The position numbers and the translations under genes were made by a program. A stretch of 64,000 nt of DNA from an uncultured Solirubrobacterales bacterium (GTDB taxonomy: Bacteria > Actinomycetota > Thermoleophilia > Solirubrobacterales > Solirubrobacteraceae). The notes under the pieces were generated by a model. The model searched no databases. It saw only the letters and a list, made by a program, of their open reading frames with translations, and had not been told where the DNA came from. Where the stretch lies: the NCBI GenBank assembly GCA_963850335.1, contig CAWKKY010000008.1, forward strand, positions 28,077 to 92,076. Reading direction: 5' to 3'. Positions 8,050-16,941 of the stretch are shown here, piece by piece (position 1 is the first letter of the stretch; every line of letters begins with the position of its first letter).

Positions 8050-8793
8050 ATGAATCTGGTTCAACGCCGCACGATCGCGTTTGCGCTGGCCGCCGTGACG
8101 CTTGTCCTCGCGCTTGCCGGGTGCGGCGCCGCGGGTCAGCGCGACGGGCGGTCGACCGCAACCGCGGATCCAACCCCGCAGACTGCGAGCACGCCTCAAC
8201 CCCATCCGCAGGTCGTCGAACCGACGGCCGGCGTCGGGGCATCGTCGGCCGCGGCCGGCCAGGGTGGCGCCGTTGTCGGCGACGTCAACGCGCACGCGCC
8301 CCCGCTCGCCGAGGTCAGACGTGAACTGGAGCGCCTCAACCTGTGCGGGGGCGTGACGAACGCCGCCAACGCGGCGCCGCTGGTCGCGTCCAAGGGGCCC
8401 GGCTTCATCCCCGACCCCGGAACGAGCCAGACGCAGGGGCAGCTCCCTGTGCTCACCGCCCGGCTCGCTGCCCTCGGCAAATCGCTCGGGCTCACGATCT
8501 ACGGGATCAGCGGCTACCGGACACCGGCCCACAGCGTTGCGGTCGGGGGCTTCGCCGACGACCCGCACACGAAGGGTCTCGCCGAGGACATCGGGGTCGG
8601 CAGCCTGCTCCGTTCGAGTGCCGCCCAGATCACCGAGGCCCAGCTGGCTCAGTTCGGGCTCTACCGGCCGTTTGACCCCTCGGACGATCCGAACAACACC
8701 GAGGTCAACCACGTCCAGCTCATCCCCTCGAGCGGAGTGACCACGCCGGCGCAGTCGGCGACGCGGTGGGATCCGGATCCGACCTGCCGCTAA
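8050..8793 (+). CDS. Lipoprotein with C-terminal M15-type (LAS/Hedgehog-like) zinc peptidase domain
   Basis: Lipobox LAGC and Pro/Ala linker. ISGYRTPAHS...PHTKGLAEDI...EVNHVQL gives H, D and H zinc ligands. Confidence 0.75.
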   Translation: MNLVQRRTIAFALAAVTLVLALAGCGAAGQRDGRSTATADPTPQTASTPQPHPQVVEPTAGVGASSAAAGQGGAVVGDVNAHAPPLAEVRRELERLNLCGGVTNAANAAPLVASKGPGFIPDPGTSQTQGQLPVLTARLAALGKSLGLTIYGISGYRTPAHSVAVGGFADDPHTKGLAEDIGVGSLLRSSAAQITEAQLAQFGLYRPFDPSDDPNNTEVNHVQLIPSSGVTTPAQSATRWDPDPTCR

Positions 8794-8834
8794 CTACGGT
8801 TGACGGCCCTGGAAGGCTGGCCGATTGCCGAACT

Positions 8835-9782
8835 ATGGCACCGCGTGCTGGGTCAGCCCTGCCATTGGGCCTCACCGAGGAGCTGCGCACGACTGTGCTC
8901 GAGAACCTCAGCGACGGCGTGTACTTCGTCGATCGCCGACGCCGGATCCTCTACTGGAACAAGGGTGCAGAGAGGATCACGGGCTACAGCAAGGACGAGG
9001 TCCTCGGTCGCCGCTGCCAGGACAATCTGCTCAACCACTGCGACGACGCCGGCACGATCCTGTGCACCAGTATCTGCCCGTTGTCGGCGACGATGCGCGA
9101 CGGCGAGCACCGAGAGGCGCACGTCTACCTCAGGCACAAGGACGGGCATCGCAAGCCCGTGCGCGTCCGAGCGGCAGCGGTCCGGAACGCCGATGGTGCC
9201 GTCGTCGGCGCAGTGGAGACGTTCCACGACGACAGCGAGCTGCTCGACTCCCGCCGGCGCGAACTCGAGCTCGAGCGCGAATCGATGCTCGATCCGCTCA
9301 CCGGCGTCGGAAATCGGCGCCTCGGTAAGGCGACGCTGGCGGGTTGGATCACGCAGTACGAGACGATCGGCCGTACGTTCGGTGTGTTGTTCGCCGACAT
9401 CGATCGGTTCAAGCAGGTCAATGACCGTTTCGGTCACGACACCGGCGACGAGGCGCTCCGCGCGGTGGCCCGGACGCTCGCCGAGACGAGCCGGACGTCG
9501 GACACGATCGTTCGGTGGGGCGGCGAGGAGTTCGTCGTGCTCGTGGGGGACGCGCGGCCCCAGACGCTCGAGCTGATCGCCGAGCGCGTCCGGGCGCTCG
9601 TCGAGCAGACCGACCTGCAAACGGACAACGGTGCGGTGTCGCTCACCGTCTCCATCGGCGCCACCATCGTCAAGCCCGGCGACACGGCGGCACGGATCAT
9701 CCGCCGGGCGGATGCGCTGCTCTATGCGAGTAAGGCGTCCGGGCGCAACCGGGTCACGCTGGACCCGTTCAGCCGCGGCTGA
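8835..9782 (+). CDS. PAS-GGDEF diguanylate cyclase
   Basis: PAS domain (YWNKGAERITGYSKDEVLGR), DPLTGVGNRR, DIDRFKQVNDRFGH, RWGGEEF. Confidence 0.95.
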   Translation: MAPRAGSALPLGLTEELRTTVLENLSDGVYFVDRRRRILYWNKGAERITGYSKDEVLGRRCQDNLLNHCDDAGTILCTSICPLSATMRDGEHREAHVYLRHKDGHRKPVRVRAAAVRNADGAVVGAVETFHDDSELLDSRRRELELERESMLDPLTGVGNRRLGKATLAGWITQYETIGRTFGVLFADIDRFKQVNDRFGHDTGDEALRAVARTLAETSRTSDTIVRWGGEEFVVLVGDARPQTLELIAERVRALVEQTDLQTDNGAVSLTVSIGATIVKPGDTAARIIRRADALLYASKASGRNRVTLDPFSRG

Positions 9783-10239
9783 CGTTCAGCCCGCGGCTGA
9801 GTTGCGCTGTGTCCTGGGTGGCGCGGACGAGCAGGACCGGCCGGTCGCTCTCTCGCAGAACCGTGGCGGACGTCGATCCCATCAGCACCGTGTGGAGTCG
9901 GCCGTGACCGTGAAAGCCCATCACGATGAGATCACACCGGCAGTCGTCGGCGATCTCGAGAATCCGCTTGGCGGCTCGTCCGGTGACGACGCGGGACTCG
10001 ACGCTCACGGTGTCGGGCAGTGAGTCGATCGCCTCGCGCAGCTCCTGGACGTACGCCGCCTCGTTATCGGTGACGATCGTCGGGGCGCCGACAGCGACCG
10101 CATGACGGGGTGGGGGGACGACGCTCAGCACGATCAGCCGGGCGTGTTGGTCGCACGCGAGCGTCGCCGCGTGGTTCAGCCCGGCCCGGGCATCCGGTGA
10201 GCCGTCGAGCGCGACGAGGATCGTGCAGTAACAGCCCAT
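9769..10239 (-). CDS. Universal stress protein (UspA family)
   Basis: ATG 10239: TILVALDGS, DLIVMGFHGHG, MGSTSATVLRES..PVLLV. Confidence 0.92.
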   Translation of the reverse strand: MGCYCTILVALDGSPDARAGLNHAATLACDQHARLIVLSVVPPPRHAVAVGAPTIVTDNEAAYVQELREAIDSLPDTVSVESRVVTGRAAKRILEIADDCRCDLIVMGFHGHGRLHTVLMGSTSATVLRESDRPVLLVRATQDTAQLSRGLNVSRG

Positions 10240-10246
10240 CTGTCGG

Positions 10247-11680
10247 TCAGGCGGTCTCGCTCGCGAGGGACGCCGATGAAGTGGCCTCGACAGCGACCGG
10301 GCGGGGAACGAGCGCACTCGCGACGGCGGCGAGGCCGCACGCGATCGCCGCGGCGAGAAACGCGAGCGTGAAGCCGTGCTCAGTCGGGACCGCTCCGGCA
10401 ACCACGGTCCCGGCAATGATGCTCGCGCCGATCTGTGCGCCGACCGAGCCGCCGAGGCTGCGCATGACGGTATTCATACCGGTTGCCACTCCGGTCTGCT
10501 CAGGTCGCACGGCCTCGACGATCAGGTTCGCCAGTGACGCGAACGCGAGCCCGATACCGGCGCCGAGGATGGCCGCCGCGACGTAGATCTCCCACGGATG
10601 GTCGTGCGCGAACGCGAGCATCACGAACGAGACGCACGTCAGGAGCGAGCCGAGGATGAGCGGCGCCCGGGCACCGATCCGATTGGTGATCCGTCCGGCG
10701 ATCGGGCTCGTCACGAGCATCATCAAAGTGCACGGCACGAGGAACAGGCCCGCCTGAGTGACGTTGGCGCCGAAGCCGTACCCGGCCGATTTCGGCGTTT
10801 CGACGAACTGGGGGATGAGGATGAACGAGCTGTACATCCCGGCGCCGACGAGAAACGCGGCCGCGTTGACCGTCCACACTCCCCGGATCCGCATCATGTC
10901 CATGTCGACGAGCGGCTCCGGCGCACGCTGCTCGTTCATCACCCACGCGACGAGCAGCACGATCCCGCCGACGGACAGCCCGACGGTCTTCGGGCTGCCC
11001 CAGCCCCATGTTGGGCCCTCGCTGATCGCGACGAGCAGACACACGAGCCAACCCGAGAGGAGGATCGCGCCGCCCCAGTTGATTCGGCCGGGGGACTTGA
11101 TCGGCGATTCGGGGACGAACAGGAGGGTTGTGATCGTCGCGATGATCACGAGAATGAGCGGGATCCAGAACAGCCAGTGGAAGGAGAGCGCGTCGATGAT
11201 CGGGCCGGCGAGCACGATTCCCAGGCCGCCGCCGATACCGAGGATCGCGGAGATGAGCGCGATCCCCTGCGCGACCCGTGCGCGCGGGAACTCATCCCGG
11301 ATGATTCCGAACGCGAGCGGGAAGATCGCGCCGCCGGCACCCTGCACGACCCGGCCGAGGATCAGCACGGTGATGTTGTCCGCGAGGGCCGCGATCAGCG
11401 TGCCCACGCCGAGCGCGACCAGCGTCGCGACGAGCGTGTGCTCCTTGCCGAACATGTCGCCGAGCCGACCGACGACGGGCGTGAGCACCGACGCGCTCAG
11501 CAGATAGGCAGTCAGGATCCAGGCGGTCGCCGTCGCCGACGCGTGCAGGTCGCGCTGGATCACCGGCAGGGCGGGCGCGACCGCCGACTGCAGCAGCGCG
11601 AACGTCATCCCGGCGAGCGCGAGCACGAGGAACGTCAGCCAATAGTTCTGACGCTCGACGGTGCCGTGAGCCCCGCTCAT
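10247..11680 (-). CDS. MFS transporter (DHA2-like, 14 TM)
   Basis: 477 aa. GRLGDMFGKE motif A, DHA2-type hydrophobic pattern. Confidence 0.93.
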   Translation of the reverse strand: MSGAHGTVERQNYWLTFLVLALAGMTFALLQSAVAPALPVIQRDLHASATATAWILTAYLLSASVLTPVVGRLGDMFGKEHTLVATLVALGVGTLIAALADNITVLILGRVVQGAGGAIFPLAFGIIRDEFPRARVAQGIALISAILGIGGGLGIVLAGPIIDALSFHWLFWIPLILVIIATITTLLFVPESPIKSPGRINWGGAILLSGWLVCLLVAISEGPTWGWGSPKTVGLSVGGIVLLVAWVMNEQRAPEPLVDMDMMRIRGVWTVNAAAFLVGAGMYSSFILIPQFVETPKSAGYGFGANVTQAGLFLVPCTLMMLVTSPIAGRITNRIGARAPLILGSLLTCVSFVMLAFAHDHPWEIYVAAAILGAGIGLAFASLANLIVEAVRPEQTGVATGMNTVMRSLGGSVGAQIGASIIAGTVVAGAVPTEHGFTLAFLAAAIACGLAAVASALVPRPVAVEATSSASLASETA

Positions 11681-12132
11681 CGCGATCGATCCTCCAGCCG
11701 CTCGATCATCCCGTCGAGGATCTCAACCGCCCGAGCGAGCGCGCCGATGTCCTCGTCGTCAAGCATCGCCATCTCCTCGTTCACCAGCGCCCGGAACTCG
11801 GCACGTACCTGATCGAGCAGCGCGCACCCGGCGGTTGTCAGCTCGACGAGGACCGCCCGGCCGTCGAGCGGGTCGGGGGTGCGCTTGAGCCATCCGCGCT
11901 CCGCCAGGCGATTGACGAGCAGCGTGATCGCCGGCTGGGTGACGCCCTCCCGGATCGCCAGATCGGTGATCCGTCGTGGCTGCTCGGACACGACGTAGAG
12001 GACGCCGATCTCGGTGCGGGAGATCGGCACCGTCGTGTGCGCCATGAACAGCCGCGAGATCGCGGCCGCCCGGACCGGGAGCGCCTCGGCGATCTCCTCG
12101 GCGCGGGGCGAAGCGGCAGAGGACGGTTCCAT
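11677..12132 (-). CDS. MarR family transcriptional regulator
   Basis: VTQPAITLLVNRLAERGWLKRTPDPLDGRAVLVELT. ATGA overlap with the MFS gene. Confidence 0.92.
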   Translation of the reverse strand: MEPSSAASPRAEEIAEALPVRAAAISRLFMAHTTVPISRTEIGVLYVVSEQPRRITDLAIREGVTQPAITLLVNRLAERGWLKRTPDPLDGRAVLVELTTAGCALLDQVRAEFRALVNEEMAMLDDEDIGALARAVEILDGMIERLEDRSR

Positions 12133-12143
12133 GAGGCAAAAAT

Positions 12144-12156
12144 ATTAGCCGCTAAT
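12144..12156. promoter_or_regulatory. Putative MarR operator ATTAGC-C-GCTAAT
   Basis: AT-rich inverted repeat ~12 bp upstream of the MarR start. Confidence 0.5.
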
Positions 12157-12304
12157 GGTTCCTTGGTGGCGGCAAGGACTAACGGCGCATCGAAGGGGGT
12201 GCTGCATCGGCCCCGCAGCGGTGGCCGGGACCCGCACCCGCTGACGTGCGTTTCGGCGATCCGGTGGGGTGCCGCCCGCGCTTGTCGTGCGAAAAGGTGG
12301 CTGA

Positions 12305-12988
12305 CTACGGAGCGGCGGGCACGACCGCGACCGGCCCGTCGCCGTCGCCGCTGGCGGTGCCGCCGAGCGCTGCCGTGTCAAACGTCGGCTGGTCGAGTCG
12401 CTGCACCGACGGCATCAGCTCGAGGAATGCGTCGACAGGCTCGAGGAAGTTCGTGCGGTGGGTCCGGTAGTGCATCGGGACCACCCACCGGGCGCCGAGG
12501 CGCTGCGCGATGTCGACCGCGGGCGCGGCGCCGATCGTTGGACCGTCCCCGATCGGGATGAACAGCAACTCGACCGAGCCGAGCGCCTCGGCCTGCTCGG
12601 GCCGCAGCTCGGCCTGCCCGAAGTCGCCGAAGTGGCAGACGCGCACGCCGCCGAAGTCGAAGGCGAAGATCGTGTTCGGTCCGCGCTCGGTCCCCGCCGC
12701 GGCGTCGTGCTCGGAGGCAACGGCGAGCACCTCGCCGATCGGGGAATCGAGCCGGCCCGCGGTCGAGCGCAGGGTGGCCGGCGAGCCGCCGATCGACTCA
12801 ACGCCGTTGTGATCGAGATGCTCGTGGGTGACGAGCAGGAGATGGGCGTCGACGTCGGTGATCGGCGGATAGTCGAACTGCATTCCGCGTCCGGCGGCGG
12901 GCGACATGTCCCCGAACGGATCGATGAACACCGTCGTCTCCCCGTTGCGCAGGGCAAAGGACGACTGGCCGTACCACTCAACGTGCAT
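12305..12988 (-). CDS. MBL-fold metallo-hydrolase
   Basis: THEHLDHNG (HxHxDH), HFGDFG, VVPMHY. Confidence 0.9.
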   Translation of the reverse strand: MHVEWYGQSSFALRNGETTVFIDPFGDMSPAAGRGMQFDYPPITDVDAHLLLVTHEHLDHNGVESIGGSPATLRSTAGRLDSPIGEVLAVASEHDAAAGTERGPNTIFAFDFGGVRVCHFGDFGQAELRPEQAEALGSVELLFIPIGDGPTIGAAPAVDIAQRLGARWVVPMHYRTHRTNFLEPVDAFLELMPSVQRLDQPTFDTAALGGTASGDGDGPVAVVPAAP

Positions 12989-14759
12989 GTTGTCTCTCCG
13001 GTTCGGGGTGTGGGAGCGGGAAGGGATGGGGCGGTGGGGGTGCCGGTGCCGGCGACGTTGCGGCCGCGGCGTCGTCGGGTTCGTCAGCGTGCCAGTAGCG
13101 ACCGCCGCGCATCAGCGACGCAGCGGCGGCGACGAGGCACGCGACGATCGCGAACGCGAACGCCTCCTGGAGGCCGCTGCGGAACGGTGCCGAGATGAGA
13201 TGGGGGAAGAACGCGCGGCCGGTGACCGTCGCCTGCGCATGCGCGCTCAGTCCGGCGAGCACGTGCGGCCCGATCAGGTGCTGGATCGGGTTGTAACCGA
13301 GGAACGCGGCGAACAGGATCGACACCGGCGGTAGGGAGGCGACATGGCCAGCAGCGGTGGCGGAGACGCCGTGGGCCTCGAGTCCGGTGGTCATCGCGTG
13401 CGGCAGCGTCGAGGAGAGCCCGGCGATCATCAGCGTGAAGAAGATCCCGATCGAGAACACCTGGGCGGAGTTCTGGAATGTCTGGTTCATGCCGCCGCCG
13501 GCGCCGCGGTCTCCCTTCGGCAGGCTGTTCATGACGGCGGCTCGGTTCGGGGACGCGAACATCCCCATCGAGATCCCGTTGAGTGCGAGAATGGCCGCGA
13601 ACAGCGGGTACGGGAAGTCGGTCGGAAGCAGCAACAGCAGCCCGAAGCTGGCCGCGGCGCCGAGCATCCCGCCGGTCGCGAACCAGCGAGCGCCGAACCG
13701 ATCGGACAGGTAGCCGGACGTGGGTCCGGCGGCGAGCATGCCAAGCGTGAGGGGCAGCATGTAGATGCCGGCCCACAGCGGCGTCTGGGTGAAGTCGTAG
13801 CCGTGGAGCGGGAGCCAGATGCCCTGGAGCCAGATGATCAGCATGAACATCAGGCCGCCGCGGGCAACGGCGGAGAGGAATGTCGACAGGGTCCCGAACG
13901 TGAACGCGCGGATCTTGAACAGCGGCAGGCGGAACATCGGGTCGGTGACACGGCGCTCGACCATCACGAACGTGATCAGGGACAGGATCCCGGCGCCGAA
14001 CAGGACGAGCACCCGCGGGCTGCTCCAGCCGGTCGCGTGGTGGCCGTACGGGCGAATCCCGTAGGTGATCGCGACCATCACGAGCACGAGGCCCGCCGCG
14101 AAGGTGACGTTCCCGAGCCAGTCGATCGGGCGCCGCCGCGGCTCGGAGCGCTCCTGGAGCTTGAGGTAGCCCCATACCGTTCCGAACAGGCCGACGGGCA
14201 CCGAGATGAGGAACACGAGCCGCCAGTCGATCGGCGCCAGCAGTCCGCCGAGCACGAGCCCGACGAACATGCCGCTGACCCCCACGATGTTGTTGATGCC
14301 GAGTGCCATCCCTCGCTGATTGGCGGGGAACGCGTCGGTGATGATCGCGGCGGCGTTCGCGAGCAAACAGGCGCCGCCGACACCCTGAACGAGTCGGAAG
14401 ACGATCAGATAGTCAGCGCCGGCGCGGCCGGTGAGCCAATCGACCGTGAGCAGCAGCGACGCCACCGTGTAGATGACGAACCCGAGGTTGTAGATCTTCA
14501 CGCGACCGAACATGTCCCCGAGGCGCCCCAGGCTGACGATCAGCACGCTGGTGACGACGAGGTAGCCGAGGATCATCCACAGCAGGTAGAAGCTGTTCGC
14601 CGGCACGAGCGGGTCAAGGTGGATGCCGCGGAAGATGTCCGGCATCGCGATCAGCGTGATCGACGCGTCGAGTGTCGCCAGAAGGACGGCGAGCGTCGTG
14701 TTCGACAGCGCGATCCACTTGTACCGATCGTCAGTCTGAGCCCTTGCCACGAAGACCAA
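12978..14759 (-). CDS. MFS transporter (DHA2/EmrB-QacA-like)
   Basis: GRLGDMFGRVK, 14-TM pattern, Pro-rich C-terminal tail overlapping the MBL start. Confidence 0.93.
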   Translation of the reverse strand: MVFVARAQTDDRYKWIALSNTTLAVLLATLDASITLIAMPDIFRGIHLDPLVPANSFYLLWMILGYLVVTSVLIVSLGRLGDMFGRVKIYNLGFVIYTVASLLLTVDWLTGRAGADYLIVFRLVQGVGGACLLANAAAIITDAFPANQRGMALGINNIVGVSGMFVGLVLGGLLAPIDWRLVFLISVPVGLFGTVWGYLKLQERSEPRRRPIDWLGNVTFAAGLVLVMVAITYGIRPYGHHATGWSSPRVLVLFGAGILSLITFVMVERRVTDPMFRLPLFKIRAFTFGTLSTFLSAVARGGLMFMLIIWLQGIWLPLHGYDFTQTPLWAGIYMLPLTLGMLAAGPTSGYLSDRFGARWFATGGMLGAAASFGLLLLLPTDFPYPLFAAILALNGISMGMFASPNRAAVMNSLPKGDRGAGGGMNQTFQNSAQVFSIGIFFTLMIAGLSSTLPHAMTTGLEAHGVSATAAGHVASLPPVSILFAAFLGYNPIQHLIGPHVLAGLSAHAQATVTGRAFFPHLISAPFRSGLQEAFAFAIVACLVAAAASLMRGGRYWHADEPDDAAAATSPAPAPPPPHPFPLPHPEPERQHAR

Positions 14760-14762
14760 TTA

Positions 14763-14777
14763 TACAGGCAACCTGTA
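14763..14777. promoter_or_regulatory. Putative MarR operator TACAGG-CAA-CCTGTA in a divergent promoter
   Basis: Inverted repeat in the ~50-bp gap between the divergent MFS and MarR genes, followed by a partial second copy. Confidence 0.55.
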
Positions 14778-14811
14778 CAGTTCACCTGCAGATAAGGAAT
14801 AGACTTCCGTC

Positions 14812-15237
14812 ATGCCGAGCAAGACCGATCCTGCCCTGACCGCGAGCGAGCTGCGCGTCGTCATCGGGCAGCTCATCCGCCGCCTGCGCCAGGAACACGG
14901 CTTCCCGCTCTCCCACGGCGCCGTACTCGGCCGGCTCGACCGCCAGGGCCCCCAGAGCGTGAGCGACCTCGCCCAGGTCGAACGTGTGCGGCCACAGTCG
15001 ATGGCCCAGACCGTCGGCGACCTCGAGGCCGATGGTCTCGTCAGCCGCCGGCCGGACCCGGGCGATCGCCGGCGGGCCCTCGTCGAACTCACCGAGCAGG
15101 GCCGGGATGCACTGACCGCTGACCGCCGCCGACGCGACGGGTGGCTCGCCCGGGCGATCGCCGAGGACCTCGACGACGAGGAACGGGAGTTGCTCACGCG
15201 GGCGATCGATGTGTTGGGGCGGCTCAGCGAGAGCTGA
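14812..15237 (+). CDS. MarR family transcriptional regulator
   Basis: VRPQSMAQTVGDLEADGLVSRRPDPGDRRRALVELT. Confidence 0.93.
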   Translation: MPSKTDPALTASELRVVIGQLIRRLRQEHGFPLSHGAVLGRLDRQGPQSVSDLAQVERVRPQSMAQTVGDLEADGLVSRRPDPGDRRRALVELTEQGRDALTADRRRRDGWLARAIAEDLDDEERELLTRAIDVLGRLSES

Positions 15238-15287
15238 CTCGACGGGTACGAAACAATGCGCCGGTGAGCGCGATCCTGGGTGCCGGG

Positions 15288-16928
15288 ATGGAGGAACCGC
15301 CAAACCGCGGCGGCGCGTTTCCCCGCTTGTCCGACGAACACCGGGCGCGCCTGCGCGAGGTGGGCGAGGTTCGGCGCGTCGCGCCCGGGGAGGTGCTGTT
15401 CCGCGAGGGGGACGACAGCTACAACTTCTTCGTCGTCGAGTCGGGGGCGGTCGCGATCGTCGAAGGCTATGGGGTGGACGACCGGGTCATCGCCATCCAC
15501 GGGCCATATCGATTCCTCGGCGACCTCAACCTGCTCACCGGTGCGCGCGTGTATCTCACCGCGGTCGTCCGCGACCCCGGTGACGTGATCGAGGTCGACG
15601 TCCACCGTATGCGCCGGCTGCTCGCGAACGACGAGGAGCTCGGCAACATCGTCCTCAGCGCCTATCTGGCGCGGCGCTCGATCCTGATCGACGTCGGTGC
15701 CGGCGTGCGGGTGATCGGGTCGCGGTTCTCGCCGGACACCCGTCGCCTTCGCGAGTTCCTCGCCCGCAACCGGGTGCCCTACCACTGGGTGGACCTCGAG
15801 GAGGACGAGGAAGCGGACGCGATGCTGCGGGCGATCGACGTCGCTCCCGCGGAGACGCCGGTCGTGCTCGGGGCCGGAACCGTGCTTCGCAATCCGACGA
15901 CCGATGAGCTGGCCCGTGAGATGGGCTTGGGCGCGCGCGGCGCGCCGCCACCGTTGTGCGACGTCGTGATTGTCGGTGGCGGCCCAGCCGGTCTCGCCGC
16001 TGCGCTGTACGGCGCGTCGGAGGGCCTCGATACCCAGGCGGTCGACGCGATCGCGTTCGGCGGCCAGGCGAGCACCTCGTCGCGGATCGAGAACTACCTC
16101 GGGTTCCCGGCGGGCGTCTCCGGCAGCGAGCTCGCCGCCCGCGCGATCCTTCAGGCGAAGAAGTTCGGCGCCCGGCTCGTGGTCCCGGCGCGGGCCATCG
16201 GGCTTGCCCTCGAGGACAACCACTTTGCGATCGAGCTTGACAACGGCGACGTCGTCAACGGCCGCTCGATCATCGTCGCCACCGGCGCGCAGTACCGCAA
16301 GCTCGATGTGCCGAACCTCGAGCGCTACGAGGGCGTCGGCGTCTACTACGCGGCCACGCAGGCCGAGTCCAAGCTGTGTGAGGATGACCCAGTGCTCGTC
16401 GTCGGTGGTGGCAACTCGGCCGGTCAGGCGGCGCTCTTCCTCTCCAAGCATGCCCGCACGTGCCGCCTGATGATCCGCGGCGGCGACCTTGCCAAGTCGA
16501 TGTCGCGTTATCTGATCGACGAGCTCGCTCGCCAGCCGCGGGTCGAGCTGACGACCCATTCGCAGGTCGTCGCGCTCGGCGGCGAGCAGGCGCTCGAGAC
16601 GGTCATCGTCGAGGACACGCGGACCGGGGCGCGGCGCGAACTGGACGCAAAGGCGCTGTTCGTGTTCATCGGCGCCGAGCCACACACCACGTGGCTCGAC
16701 GGGAGCGTCGCGATGGACGAGCATGGCTTTCTGCTCACCGGCCGGGACCTCCGCAGCGAGCAACTCGCCGACTACGACGGCGACCGGCCGCTGTTTCTGG
16801 AGACGAGCCGCCCGGGGATGTTCGCGGTCGGGGACGTCCACTCCGGATCGGTCAAGCGCGTCGCCTCGGCGGTCGGCGAGGGATCGATGGCGATCCGCCT
16901 CGTCCACCAGCGGCTCGCCGCGAGCTGA
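15288..16928 (+). CDS. cNMP-binding domain fused to a thioredoxin-reductase-like FAD oxidoreductase
   Basis: N-terminal cNMP domain (LFREGDDSYNFFVVESG...GDLNLL). GGGPAG, ENYLGFP, GGGNSAG, GMFAVGDV. Start could be GTG 15264. Confidence 0.88.
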   Translation: MEEPPNRGGAFPRLSDEHRARLREVGEVRRVAPGEVLFREGDDSYNFFVVESGAVAIVEGYGVDDRVIAIHGPYRFLGDLNLLTGARVYLTAVVRDPGDVIEVDVHRMRRLLANDEELGNIVLSAYLARRSILIDVGAGVRVIGSRFSPDTRRLREFLARNRVPYHWVDLEEDEEADAMLRAIDVAPAETPVVLGAGTVLRNPTTDELAREMGLGARGAPPPLCDVVIVGGGPAGLAAALYGASEGLDTQAVDAIAFGGQASTSSRIENYLGFPAGVSGSELAARAILQAKKFGARLVVPARAIGLALEDNHFAIELDNGDVVNGRSIIVATGAQYRKLDVPNLERYEGVGVYYAATQAESKLCEDDPVLVVGGGNSAGQAALFLSKHARTCRLMIRGGDLAKSMSRYLIDELARQPRVELTTHSQVVALGGEQALETVIVEDTRTGARRELDAKALFVFIGAEPHTTWLDGSVAMDEHGFLLTGRDLRSEQLADYDGDRPLFLETSRPGMFAVGDVHSGSVKRVASAVGEGSMAIRLVHQRLAAS

Positions 16929-16941
16929 GCCCGGGCTCAGC
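16924..16941. terminator. Perfect 18-bp palindrome GCTGAGCCCGGGCTCAGC containing the stop codons of both convergent genes
   Basis: TGA at 16926-16928 (+) and TGA at 16939-16937 (-) lie symmetrically in the palindrome. No U-tract. Confidence 0.35.
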
